Assembly (NCBI RefSeq): GCF_963921235.1
Contig: NC_086097.1
Location: 88,476,001-88,540,000, forward strand
DNA: 64,000 nucleotides
Direction: 5' to 3'
Source of the DNA: Mobula hypostoma
Taxonomy: Eukaryota
Shown: piece by piece, positions 38,774-51,495 of the stretch
Numbering within the stretch: position 1 is the first letter of the stretch
Layout of the letters: the number at the start of each line of letters is the position of its first letter
Made by a program: the position numbers and the translations under genes
The notes under the pieces: generated by a model
The model's database searches: none
Seen by the model: the letters and a program-made list of their open reading frames with translations, nothing else
What the model was told of the DNA's origin: nothing

Positions 38774-39275
38774 TAGAAACATAGAAACATAGAAAATAGG
38801 TGCAAGAGTAGGTCATTCAGCCCTTCGAGCCTGCACCGACATTCAGTATGATCATGGATGATCATCCAACTCAGAGCCCTGTACCTGCTTTCTCTCCATA
38901 CTCTCGATCCCTTTAGCCACAAGGGCCATATCTAACTCCTTAAATATAGCCAATGAAATGGCCTCAACTGTTCCCTGTGGCAGAGAATTCCACAGATTCA
39001 CCACTCTCAATGTGAAGAAGTTTTTCCTCATCTCCTTCGTTCTGGACTTCCCCAACATCCGGAACAATCTTCCTGCATCTAGCCTGTCCAATCCCTTTAA
39101 AATTTTATATGTTTCAATAAGATCCCCCCTCAATCTTCAAAATTCCAGCGAGTATAAGCCTAGTTGATCCAGTCTTTCTTTATATGAAAGTCCTGCCATC
39201 CCAGGAATCAATCTGGTGAACCTTCTTTGTACTCCCTCTATGGCAAGAATGTCTTTCCTCAGATTAGGGGACCAA
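38774..39275 (-). mobile_element. CR1 (HER1-like) 3' fragment, same subfamily as 27812-29008
   Basis: RGDLIETYKILKGLDRLDAGRL. Same (tttctatg)n tail. Confidence 0.93.
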
Positions 39276-40709
39276 AAAGAATCAAAGTCTTCTACTGATA
39301 TATCAAAATGAAAAAGGATTTAACTCTATTAGCCTTCATGAACCAACTTGCATATGTTCTCAATCACTTATACACCTTTAAACTTCCAGTTGCTTTACTT
39401 CTGAGGCTGTTTGCTTGTGTCTCCAATGCTAGGTGGTCTTTGTTTTGTTGTTAGAATGGGAGAGATACTTCTCCAATGTCAGCATTTATTGTCCTTGAGA
39501 ATATAGTGGCAGACTGATGTCTTGAATTGCTTTGATCTTTCTGATAAAGTCACAGTTTTAATGGGTGTAGAGATCCAGTGTTTAGATCTTGTGATGCTGA
39601 ATGACCAGCAGTATATTTTCAAGTCAGAATGTGTGTACCTGCAAATAGTGGTAATCTGTTGGAGGTAGGGATTCTGGTTTTGGGAATGCTATTAATATAG
39701 CTTTTGTTAGTAAACTTGCAATGTATTTTATATATCATGGACGCAATAGCACTGATGGTTTAGGGAACAATTGCAAAATGTGGACGGAAACTGATTAAGT
39801 TTGCTTTTTAATCTTGAATGGTGTCAAGTCTCTTGCATGCATCCATCACGGCAAATAGAAAATTTTGCATCATGCTTATGGCTTGTCACTGTAAATGTGG
39901 AAAGTCTTTGTGATATAATAGTCTTTGTGGTATAATATGAATCATGCACCACAGGTAGCTGACATTTGATGTGACACAAACATACTGGCTGATACCTATT
40001 CTAATGGGAGTACTGTTTCCCTTCAGATTTGCTTTTTAAGCCTTCAGCATTGATGCTTGATACTGGAGCTCCTAGTATACCTCTGTGCCCTTGGTCCATA
40101 TTGCACTTAAACTGATATTTTGTACCAGCAGAAATTCCGTAATATTTTAGAGGTCTTTTCAATGAATGTTGTGATCTTGTATATTGAACATCAAATCTAT
40201 TATGTTTAGTAATTTGGACAGGGTATCTCATCAGTCTGCCCATGAACAGACTTATTTTCAAACATATGATCCAAGACCATTCTTTTGCAATGGCACAACA
40301 GATATTTCTTTTTAGAAAAGCTATACAACCCATAATTGTTTCTCCTGCCCTCTGGTTATGAGTTCCAACTAATAATATTCAGTATTTTCCAATGGTTTTA
40401 GGGTGAAATGATTTTGCAGTTTTTCAATTACTTATTAGGTATCAATATGCCAAATATATGGCCTGCTTTTAATTACTTCATGGCCTTCTTATGTTTACAA
40501 TGGCCTTATCCCAAACTTCTTGCCCTGAGTATCTATTTCAATGAGCTTACCTGCACTAAGCAATATCTCCATCCATTCAATTTAGAACTAGGACTCCTGC
40601 ATGTTGCTGTAAATATGGAGGTTTCCAATGTAATTTAGCAGCTATTTTGTCCTTAAAGTTAAAAGTTCAAAGTATATTTATCAGCAAATTACATATATAT
40701 CACCTGAGC

Positions 40710-40893
40710 AACACACACAAAATGCTGGAGGAACTCAGCAGGCCAGGCAGCATCTATGGAAAAAGAGTACGGTCGACATTTCAGGCAGAGACCCTCCAAC
40801 AGGATGAAGGCTCTCAGCCCGAAAAGTCGACCATGCTCTTTTTCCATAGATGCTGCCTGGCCTGTTGAGTTCCTCCAGCATTTTGTGTGTGTT
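40710..40893. repeat. 184-bp near-perfect palindrome, Penelope-type terminal-repeat hairpin
   Basis: Arms aacacacacaaaatgctggaggaactcagcaggccaggcagcatctatggaaaaagag and ctctttttccatagatgctgcctggcctgttgagttcctccagcattttgtgtgtgtt. The palindrome is seen directly. The Penelope origin is inferred. Confidence 0.8.
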
Positions 40894-41215
40894 AGCAGGA
40901 GTTTTGACTGGTTTTGAGCTTAGAAAGAATAGAACATGTAATTTATTCAGTGGCTGTTCACTGACTGCTCCCGAAACATTCTGTGCAGGATATTAAAACC
41001 CAGTTGCATAACACAGTCTTTTAAGGGGTGAAATCCTCAAAGCAACAATTATTGTTCCCAGCAAATATTAAATAAACTGCAGGTACGATTTCAGCTTACT
41101 ATTTTTTTATTCATTGGTCTGTGCTGCAATCTTTGCTTCTATAGTGAGCCAACAGTCAAATGCTTATTCTATTCATATTCCAGAAACAAGATGACATTTC
41201 CTCCTTCTCACGTTT

Positions 41216-41322
41216 ATAGAGCATAGAACATAGAATAGTACAGCACAGTACAGGCCCTTTGGCCCACAATGTTGTGTTGACCCTTAAACCCTGCCTCCCA
41301 TATAATACCCCTCACCTTAAAA
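41216..41322 (-). mobile_element. CR1 3' tail stub, subfamily of 26373-27258
   Basis: catagaatagtacagcacagtacaggccc...aaaccctgcctcc is shared with 26386-26455. Confidence 0.85.
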
Positions 41323-42699
41323 TCGTACTACTAAAAATACTAAAGGAGTAGAACAACATGATAGATTGATTATAATTATTTTTAAACATTCTAATAATCA
41401 TTTCTTCCTTCTTGTACTAAGGAGGAAGCATTCATGCAAGGGATGTTGATTATAAAATTTGTGTTGTGACCTGAACATTTATCTGGGGTGGGATTTCTGG
41501 GAGTTCTGTTCTCGAACAGGACTCCTATTCCAGAGCACATCTTCTTCAGGAGCCCGGGGCAAAGAATGCTACAGCAAAAGAGTAGAAATGATGAGGAATG
41601 TTGGGTGGGTGGTAAGTGGCTTCTGAGATCAGGGCATAACCACACTGAGTTGGAAAGGCTTTGGTGCCAGAGTTAAAGGGCAGGGGTCCAGTTGTGGAAT
41701 GGCAGCAGTGATGGGCTTCCTAATCATTGTTGATTCTGATTGTTGTGGATTGTTCAAATTGGGACGGAGCTGAGGAAGACAGGGAGAAGAAAGGAGAGGA
41801 TTAGTAATATTCTGATGTAATTTGATCACAGAAGTGGAGTTGACCAGTTAGGTAAAACATAATCCTGCTCCTCCAAGCAAGCTCACTGCAAACCATTTAC
41901 CTCCCCACACAACGTTCTTTGTTTCCCTTCAACTGCTACGTTTTCCGGGACTAGGTGATCCAGCTATCTAGTAGTGTAAATGCATTAGGTTTCCTCTACA
42001 AATTAGATGGGTTGAATAATTTTATTAGGTTTTGAATAAAACCATAAAATTCTGGTCAGCATGTATATATGGAGAAACTAAGTCAATATTTTAGGTTATT
42101 AACTTTGAATCAGAATTGAAAACATGCTGAGAGAAAGAGAAGGTCTGTGATAGACTGGAAGGTGGGAGAAGTTGAAACATGAAATGGTTAATGGTGCAGA
42201 TTGTGCGAGAGTGGTAAAGAAAAGCGGGGCAGTACCTGTGAGAAGCACTCTAAGCATTTGAAAATACCAATGGGAAATGCCACTCACCAGAAATAGTACA
42301 CAGAAATACTAGAATTTCTCATTATCTGATATTGTGTAGCTCACTGTTGAGTTTGGAATATCGTATTGTGCCTAGTCAGAAGTTTGTTGATCTTATGCCA
42401 AACTTCACTGGAACATTAGATCTTTCAGGGACAGAGGTCTGACTGGAATCCAATGGAGAACAGGCAATCAGTCTCAGGGTGGCATTTGTGAGTTGACTGA
42501 AGGTGTGCCCCAGGGCTGTTACCATGGTAGAAGACAATCCATTTGATCACTTATTCTGTTTCGAGAAGTCAGATTTAAATAGCTGTTTGACAATATTGCA
42601 GAATGAGGATGGCTTGCAAATAACATAACTGGGTTCTGAAGCACAGTGCAATCTCTTTTAAGTTGCTTAGGAGTAGCCTGCTGGGGTATCAATCCACCC

Positions 42700-44520
42700 A
42701 AGAGGACACAAGCCCTTTCCTGTCTTGACCAAGCAGCTCCAGCTTATCACAGTCTGTACCCCTGTATGAGTCATACAGCATGGAAATGGACATTTTCCCT
42801 CCCACCCCCACCCCGTGTTCATGCCAAGCAATGGGCAGCCACCTGTATTAATTCCACCTTTCAGAGCATGGCCCATAGCCTTCAATTCCCAGGTGATTCC
42901 AATGCTCCTCGATATTTCTTAAAAGCTGCCAGCAACTCTGCCTCCACCACTCTCTCTGGTTCTGTATTCCAGATATTTCACCACACTCTGGGTGGAAGAG
43001 ATTCTGCTCAGATCCCCTCTAAATCTCTTGCCCCCTTTCCTGAAGTACCTGTCCTTTACATTTATTTCCTTCTGAAAGGGAAAAAATTCAGGTCTAAAGA
43101 GGGAAACAATGCTATCTATACTCCTCTTCGTTTTACGTATCTCAGCAAACTCTCTTCTTAACTTCCAGTCCAGGGAAAACACACCCAGCATTTCCAGTCA
43201 CTCTTCATAACTAAAACACTCCATCCCTGGCAATAGCATCGTGAATCTCCTCTGCACATTCTCCAGTGTTATCATGTTCTTCCTATATTGTGGTGATCAG
43301 AAATGTATGCAGTATTCCAGCTGAAGTCTGACCAATGTTTTATAAAGTTATAGCACAGTCTTTGCTCATGCACTCAGTGCCCCAGATTAATGCAGGCCAG
43401 CATCTCAAAGGTCTTATTAACCACATTATCTATCTGCTCTGCCACTTTGAAGGATCTTTGGGCTTGGATATCTAGGTCCCTCTGTTCCTCAACACTTCCT
43501 AGGACCCAAACATTCATGACATATGTCCTAGCCTCAGTGGTGCTCCCAAAATGCATCAGATCACATTTATCAGGATTAAATTCAGTGTGCCATTTCTCAT
43601 CCTATTTCAATAACGCATTGCTATCGCCCTGTTGCCTAAGACAATCACAATTCCATCAATCTTGAAGACATCTGCAAATTTACCAATCATATTGCCTACA
43701 TTCATATGCAAATCATTTACAAAATTATAAACAGCAAGGTTCCCAGCCCTGATTCCTGTGACACTAGTCACTGTCATCCAGTCACAAATACAACCCCCTG
43801 CCATCACCTCTTCCTCCGATTGCCAAGCCTATTTTGGAGACAGTTTACCAATTTGCTCTGGATCTTTTTGGACCGGTCTCCCATGCAGAACCTTGTCAAA
43901 ATCCTCACTGAAACTCTACTGCACACCACCCTTATGAATGCACCCTGTGTATTCAAAAAATCTTTAATCTCATTGGTCAGACTGAATCTGCCTTTGACAA
44001 AGTCATTGCTGGCTATCACTAAGTTTGTGCCTTGCCAAGTAATTGAAAGGATTTTCCCCGCTGTCTTTCCTGAAAACTGGGACCACAGTTACTTTCCTCC
44101 GACACCTAATTTTTGAACAGAACTAGCTTCAAAATCTCAGCTGGAGCCACATCAGTGCTTCCCATTAATAGCCTGGGATAAATTACATTTGGTCCCAAAG
44201 ATTTATCCACCTTCAGGCCCTCTAAGGTTTTGAGTATCATGGAAACTTGCACTAGAATTTCAAGCTCCCCTTCACAGAATCCTCCCAACATGAAGCCCAT
44301 TCCCTTCATGAGTATAGATGTAAAGTACAACACTTTTACCCTCTGGGATCCACACACAGACTGCCTTTGTAATCCCTAGTAGGCTCTAATCTTTCCCTGG
44401 TCATTCTTTTGCCATTAATATACTTATAAACCCCCCCTCCCTTAGATCTATCTTAATCATGTTGTAAATGTTATTTTGTGAGCAGTTTTTATCTTCCTAA
44501 TTTCCTTTGAAGCACCTACC
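42700..44520 (-). mobile_element. Old CR1 ORF2 fragment
   Basis: LKVDKSLGPNVIYPRLL, FVKGRFSLTN, MIGKFAD and MHFG..EQRDL pieces, in the expected order. Confidence 0.85.
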
Positions 44521-45654
44521 TGCATTTTTTATGCTCTTGATGGGTCTCTCCATTGAGGTGTGTGAAGAAAAGGGAGAAGATACTATCCTCACACTACATT
44601 TAATGTAGTTTAATGTTTTGGCCTGTCTCTGTACACAGCATAAAAGACACTTAATCATTTGTGGAGACAATTTTAATCTCTTTGCCCTTCAACTCTGTAC
44701 AAATGGTTTGTTTATAACTTCATTGTCAGTCTTTATCTCTGACATTGATGTCTTTGAAGCTAATATTTTATTTAGGGTAGAAGCTTTCCCTAAACTGGGT
44801 GATTAGGAATTAGGAATTAAGAAAGCTAGTTTACTTTTTCTTGAGATGTTTAGGAAATAATAGCTGGTTCAAGTCACTAAACAATTGGGAGAGGTAGATT
44901 CCAGTAACAAAAGAAAACACAAAGGGGACCCAATTCAATTCAGTCCGTAAGCTTGCTTTAAACGTTTGATAGGATTGTCTTGCTGTTCTGTTAGACCTGT
45001 TTTTAGAGGCTTACACATATTGAAATCGAGTTCTGAATAAGAGATACAGCTTCACTTCAATGGAACATGAAATGCTGCTGGATCTGTTTATCATCTGCAC
45101 TCTCACCATAACAAGTAAGCATTTATCAGTCATGTGCTGAAAGAACTCGCACTGCTGAAGCCAGATAGTACCAGCATTATCATTGGGTTAGTGCTCTATG
45201 GCATGTTGATTGCTTTTCTTTTCTTTGGGTATCTTTTTAATATCACTTGGATAAGAATGAGTCTTGTAATGTGTTTTTTTTGATGTGTAAACCTGTTCAG
45301 CGGTCTAACATATTCAGAGTGCTCCCCTGAGTGCATATATCTTAGCTGTGAAACATTACAGACTACCTGTTGCACTATCATAGACTTGTCTCTCATTGTG
45401 TCTGCTTTTTTTTCCACACTGGTATGCACTGTCTTTTTGCACTCTCTTTTTGCAGTCCTAATATAATTTATGAATAATATTTATACTATGTGCATTGTCT
45501 GAACCTATGTGACTGTGATGTTGCTGTAATCAGTTTTTCACTGTACCTGTACCTCACCATATTTGTGCACATGACAAGAAACCTATCTTAACTCAATGAA
45601 AACTCTTCAGGCTAAAAATTGAATCACTGTATTGCCAGCATGTGAAACATACCA

Positions 45655-46330
45655 GAATTGATTGTGATTCAGTGCTAATCATGAAACACAGGACAATACC
45701 ATAACAGGCAACACAATAGCAGCCAACAATTTACAACAGCCATGAGAAATTACCAATGAGCAGAACAGTCACATGTGCAAACATCAATAATCAAACTTAA
45801 ATGAACAGAGTCAATAATTATCTACAGAACATGGCGAGTAAGAAAGACCATTTAACGGATGTTGTGCAGGAGCAGTTAGGGTGTTACACCTGGTCAGTTT
45901 TGTGGAGAAGCTACAGGAAAGGAGTTTTAGGGAAGATGTGTGGTCCTGGTGGTGATGGTCTTGTAGCATCTCCCTGATGGCAATTTGTTGAATAGGTGAC
46001 TGCTAGGGTGGGTGGAACCAGCAGTAATTCTTTCAGCTCTTCACTCTGATGACGCAGAGGTCTTTTAATGCTGGTAGCTGACAGCCGATGATGTTCACTG
46101 CTGAGTGGACCACTTTCTCCAATCTGCACTTGGAGAGTGGCAGGAAACCAAACAGTGATAGAGGTGGTCACAACACTCTCGATGATAGCTGAGTAGAAAT
46201 TCATCAGGATATACCCTGAAATGCTAAGTTTCTTAAACTGGCCTAGAAAGAACAATCTCTGCTGGGCTTTCCTAGTATGAGCATAATGTGCTTGTGTCAC
46301 TTCAGTGCATTGGTAATGGTAGAGTTAATT
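45655..46330 (-). mobile_element. Rex1/Babar-type LINE 3' fragment
   Basis: RKAQQRLFFLGQFKKLSIS..LMNFYSAIIESVVTTSITVWF. Confidence 0.85.
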
Positions 46331-46904
46331 ACAGTTGGAAGATAATTTCAGGCAGATCTTATGCAGAATTATGTATCTTTATATTTAAGTAATCCTTCCA
46401 TGAAACTCCAGAGTTGATTAATTATCGTGATTGAACAATACGCTGTCACTATAAGTCAAAATGCACATGAGAAATGAAGATTAATTAGAATCTTTTCTGA
46501 GGAAATATAATTAATTTAGGCTAATAGATCTAGGCAGACACTGCCTCACTACAACAGAGAGTGCTGAATTGTTGGAGGCACTGTCTTTTGTGTGGAATAT
46601 TAATTGAGGCCCCATCTGCTCACAAATGCAAATATAAGAGAATACAGCAGTGAGCAGAGAGTGCAACAAAGAAAGTGGACAACTGTAAACAAATAGATTC
46701 AGGTAGATGAGCAAAAAATTCAGCATGGTTGAAGGGCCTATTTTGTGATGTATAACTATGGAGAAAGTTGATACTGATCCCTCAACTAAAGCATTTTATC
46801 TGGCTTTAATTGTTATTCCTTAGGGTCCCAGACATGTGCAAATTGGTGAGTGAGTTACCTGTATTGCAACACTGTCAACTTCCAAAGTTCTTTATTGACT
46901 GTGT

Positions 46905-47443
46905 TGTGAGTGTGAACATAGTCATTGGAGAGAACTTGAAACTAGTGATATAAAAGTTTTTATTCATCACATCATCATTGTGGAGACACTCTTGGTAAAG
47001 GCTCACAAACCCAACAGTACATCTCATTTTTATACCCTTAAGATGAAAGGCAACAGCAAATGATTCAATACAATTTCAATAGTTATAATGACATTGCTTA
47101 CCTCAGTACTTTGGGTTGACAAATGGTTCCTTTGAGGTACATAATGGAAGCATATTACAATTTATAAGACTCCTCTGAAGATGCAGTTGCCTTTGGGAGA
47201 AACTAATTAACACAAATATTCTAAAACCTTTTGATGACAGAGAGCCAGACACCCAAAATTAATGTTGTCAAGGCTGTCTCTGAGTACACAAATATGATAA
47301 TTACACAAAAACTATTGATTGCCTATACCTGTGACCATCGGTCTAGTCTGCCAGTTTGTAGTCAAGTCACAATGGTGCATACAACTTAGCCATGTTGCCT
47401 GCTTTGTTGCAAGCCAATTAACTCAACCCCATTGTTTCTCACA
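46905..47443 (-). mobile_element. Probable LTR (ERV-like), 539 bp
   Basis: Inverted termini TGTGAG...CTCACA. On the minus strand a TATA box (gggtataaaaatg, about 47025-47037) is followed about 65 bp later by AATAAA (about 46958-46963), the U3-R-U5 order. Confidence 0.6.
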
Positions 47444-48511
47444 TATGCAATCCCTTAGTTTGTGCAGCAGCCTGTACTTGTAACTTCACTTTACTGCATA
47501 TATAACTCCAGAATACTCCCTAACAGGCTGCAAAGCAATTTGTAACATTTCAAGTTGTGGAAGGTGCCATACAGATAAAAATTTATTTCCTTTGAACGTA
47601 CAGAAACCAGAATGAAGTGTTGCCATTTGTTGTATTACAGAGTTAAAAGCATCAAGGTGAATGGGGAGACCACAAGAATAGGCCATTAGATAGAGGATCA
47701 CCTATACTCCTGATCCTGTTGACCCTGAAAGAATAATCTTTTAGATACAAGCTGGGCATTGATTGCTTAGGACCCAAAGGAATGTTGACCCCCTTCAAAG
47801 GTTCAAGGAGCTACAGTTCTCTATCAACTGCAGGCTATAGTAAGTCTCCCCAGATGAGTTCATATGGTTCTGAAAGATTTTAAATTCACCATGTATCCTC
47901 ATGTCTGTATAGTCTTGAGACATAACAGAATGGTCAGTGGAATTGTTCTGTCTGTAGATTGTGTGATTTGCTTCAGCCTGTTTTATTCCTTCATAGATAT
48001 TGGAGTAGCTCTGTAAGGGAATGACTGTCTTTTTCCTCACACTTATTCCTCACATGGTTGGTGAAATGAGGTTATCTTTGTGCATTTTAACCAGCTAATA
48101 TCTTAACCTAAACTGCTATTTAGTTAAGTAAAGGTTTTCCAGTTGGATATTGTTTCAGTTCCCTGGGTCTCTAAAATTAGATTCTCCCAGAAGTCTACAG
48201 TTGAACATACCTCTTGATATTGCATTGTAATATGTTAATTAGCAGGAGTATAATTGGCCTTATAGTGTACTTAAATGTAGCTATTGTTTTGTTGGTACAG
48301 GACTGTGGCCAGCCTTGTTTTCTCTGTAACCACTCTGTTATTTGCTGTTCTGTTGTATGAGGTCACAGTATGAAACAGAATGTTCTAGCTGACACAACCA
48401 TTATCAGGCAATAAACCGCATGTAATAAAGCCAAGGAGCCCATGTTATGATCAGTTAATAGTCCTGAACATTTTTATACCTTTCTCTTAGGATTTACATT
48501 GCTTTTGTTTC

Positions 48512-48780
48512 GGGAATCAAAAACTAGAAGGCATAGGTTTAAGGTGAGAGGGAAAAGACTTCATTGGAATCTGAGGGGCAACTATTTTGCACAGAAGGTG
48601 GCACGTATGTGGAATGAGCTGCCTGAAGAAGTGGCTGGGACAGGTACAATGACAACTTTTAAAACATAGCTGGACAGGTTTAGAGTTTATGGGCAAAATG
48701 CTGCAGATGATATTAGCTTGGATGGGCACCTTGAGCAGCATAGACCAGCTGGATAAAGTGCCTGTTTCTGTTCTGTATGA
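48512..48780 (+). mobile_element. CR1 3' fragment
   Basis: ggcataggtttaaggtgagaggg...gtggaatgagctgcc, typical of the CR1 3' end. Confidence 0.8.
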
Positions 48781-48799
48781 TCAGCCTAACAAGTATGTT

Positions 48800-49735
48800 C
48801 CATCATTCAGTCATGGCTGACTTTTTATCCCTCTCAACTGCATTCTCCTGCCTTCTTCCTATAACCTTTGACACCTTTACTAATCAAAAACCTATCAACC
48901 TCACTTGAAGTATATCCAATGACTTGGCCTCCACAGCTGTCTGTGACAATGAATGCCACAGATTCACCACCGTCTAGCTAAAGAAATTCCACCTCATCCC
49001 TATTCTAAAGGGATGTCCTTCTGTTTTGAGGCTCTGCCCTCTGGTCCTAGACCCCTCATTATAGGAGAAATCCTCTTCATGTCCACTCTTTCTAGGCTGT
49101 TCAATCTTCAATAGGTTTCAATGAGACCCCCCTCATTCTTCTAAACTCCAATGAGTACAGGCCCAGAGGCATCAAACACTCCTCACACATTAATCCTTTC
49201 ATTCCCAGGATCATTCACGTGAACCTCTTCTGGACTCTCCAATGCCAACACATTCTTTCTTAGGTAAAAGGCCCAAAATTGCTCAAAATATTCCAAGTGC
49301 AGTCTGAATAATGTCTTATAAAGCCTCAGGATTATATCCTTGCTCTTATATTCTAGTCTTCATGAAATGAAAGCGAATGTTACATTTGCCTTCCTTTACC
49401 AGTGACTCAACCTGCTCCTTAACCTTCAAGGAAGCCTGCACAAGGACTCCCAAGTCCTTTTGCACTTCTGATTTCTGAATTTGCTCCCCATTTAGAAAAT
49501 AGTCTATGCCTTTATTCCTTCTACCGAAGTGCATGACCGTACACTTCCCTACACTATATTCCATCTGCCCCTTCTTCACCCATTCTCCTAATCTGTCTAA
49601 GTCCTTCTGTAGACCCCCTACTTCCCCAACATTGTCTGCCCCTCCACTTATCCTTGTATCATCCACATACTTGGCCATAAAGCCATCAATTCTTGTCATC
49701 CAAATCATTGACCTATGACGTGATAAGAAGTGATC
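48800..49735 (-). mobile_element. CR1 LINE fragment
   Basis: AKYVDDTRISGG..LQKDLDRLGEW..MHFGRRNK..QKDLGVLV. Confidence 0.9.
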
Positions 49736-51101
49736 TCATGATTTTCTCAATCTACTTGTGTAGCAGATTAACAAATGTCCAGATGGAGCCAGTTTAGATT
49801 AATGGCTAATGACTGTTAAGACTGCATGTAATCATTTCTCCCCCTTTGTGTGGAATCTTATGGGTTATGAAAATTTGGGAATGCCTGAGGTAAAAAGAAA
49901 CGCATCATGATTATTACTCTTAATTCCTGAGATGACAAGTCCAATTGACACCATGCCATTTGGATACAGTATTCCTAACACAGAATCTGCAAATTTCTTT
50001 CTGTTGGTTTGAGACACCTGAGGAAGGTGGTAGGAATGGTGTCATGTACAACTGACTATACTAGCAATACATTTTGAATGTACCTTTAACTTTCATGTCA
50101 TGGGCGAGTGATAATAAATCTGGTTCTGATTCTGATAAATGCTCCTCAACTTTGCAGAAATTCAATTTCAATGAGGTATGATCTGATTTTCTTTCAATGT
50201 GTAAATGTGTTTTGACACCAAACAGTAACACTCTCGTGAGTATCCTGTCAGGGCTATCAAAGTTTTATAAATATAACATAACACTTCTTTGTAGAGCATC
50301 TGCTGATCACGCAATTTCTCCCTAATTCAGTGTACAATAGACTTAACCTTTATTTGCATTTTTATCAGAATGAAAATATTTGAAATTGCTTTTCCATTTA
50401 CAATGAAGGCAGAAGCTACTGGCAATGTGCAGCTTATCAACACTTGATAGGAGAAGGAACAGGCAAATATTCGAGGTCGAGATACCTGGGGTCACGTGTG
50501 GCCAGTTTATACCAAATGATGCACAATGGAATTATTTGAAAGTACAATTAGTAACAATTTCCTTAAGCAAAAAAAAACTGCTGATGCTGAAAATCTGAAG
50601 TAAAATAGGAAACGCTAAAAGTCAAATTGTGTGAAAACAGACCTCATGTTTCAGGTTAATGATCTTTTATCAGAACAGGAAAAATGGAAATAAAACATGT
50701 TTTAAGTCCTCCTTCATAAACATGTTTGTTCTGAAACATTAACTCATAATATTTCCCTCTCTTTCTCCCTCTATGTTGATTCTACCTACCCTGCTAATTA
50801 TTGTTTACTATTTCCTTAAACCCAGTATCTTGCTCCCCTGTCTTTACCTGCAATAGTGAGGAGTGAAAGGGATCGCATTATCATTGGCTTCATCCTTTCT
50901 GCTTTCCCACCAAGCAAAAACACCCTCCCACCACCTCTTGCACCAGCCTTCAACCTGTTTCACTCCCAGTCTCTCCCACCTCATATCTTGCCTCTTTGAA
51001 CTTAATTGTCCAATAAAACCTATTTATCTCCCTTTGTTGCTGAATATCTGACCAATAGAGCTATTGATGACATAAAGCGTTCCTTCTCCTCCCATACTTG
51101 T

Positions 51102-51495
51102 CATATGAAGAATGTTTGATGGCTCTGGCCCTGTATTCACTGGAATTCAGAAGAATGAGGGGTGACCTCATTGAAATCTATCGAATGGTGAAAAGTCTTG
51201 ATAGAGTGAATATGGAGAAGATGTTCCCATTTAGAACAGAGATGAGGAGGAACTTCTTTAACTAGATAATGGTGAATCTGTGGAATTCGTTGCCACTGGC
51301 AGCCATGAAAACCAAGTCTGTATATATATTTAAGGCAGAGATGGATAGGTTCTTTATTGGTCAGGGCATGAAGGGATATGGGGAGAAGGCAGGAGACTGG
51401 GGCTGAGAGGAAAAATGGATCAACCATGATTGAATGGCAGAGCAAACTCGATGGGCCAAATGGCCTGATTCTGCTCCTATGTCTTATGGTCTAAT
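51102..51495 (+). mobile_element. CR1 3' fragment
   Basis: agaagaatgaggggtgacctcattgaaa... with tail cctatgtcttatggtcta. Confidence 0.88.

Noticed and set aside
42646..43161. 171-aa plus-strand ORF
   Set aside because: Mostly antisense to a decayed CR1 3' end, with no recognisable domain.
47795..48040. NSSGETYYSLQLIENC faintly recalls the MHC class I alpha1/alpha2 junction
   Set aside because: The similarity is too short and no other class I motifs were found. Kept only as a generic glycoprotein-like ORF.
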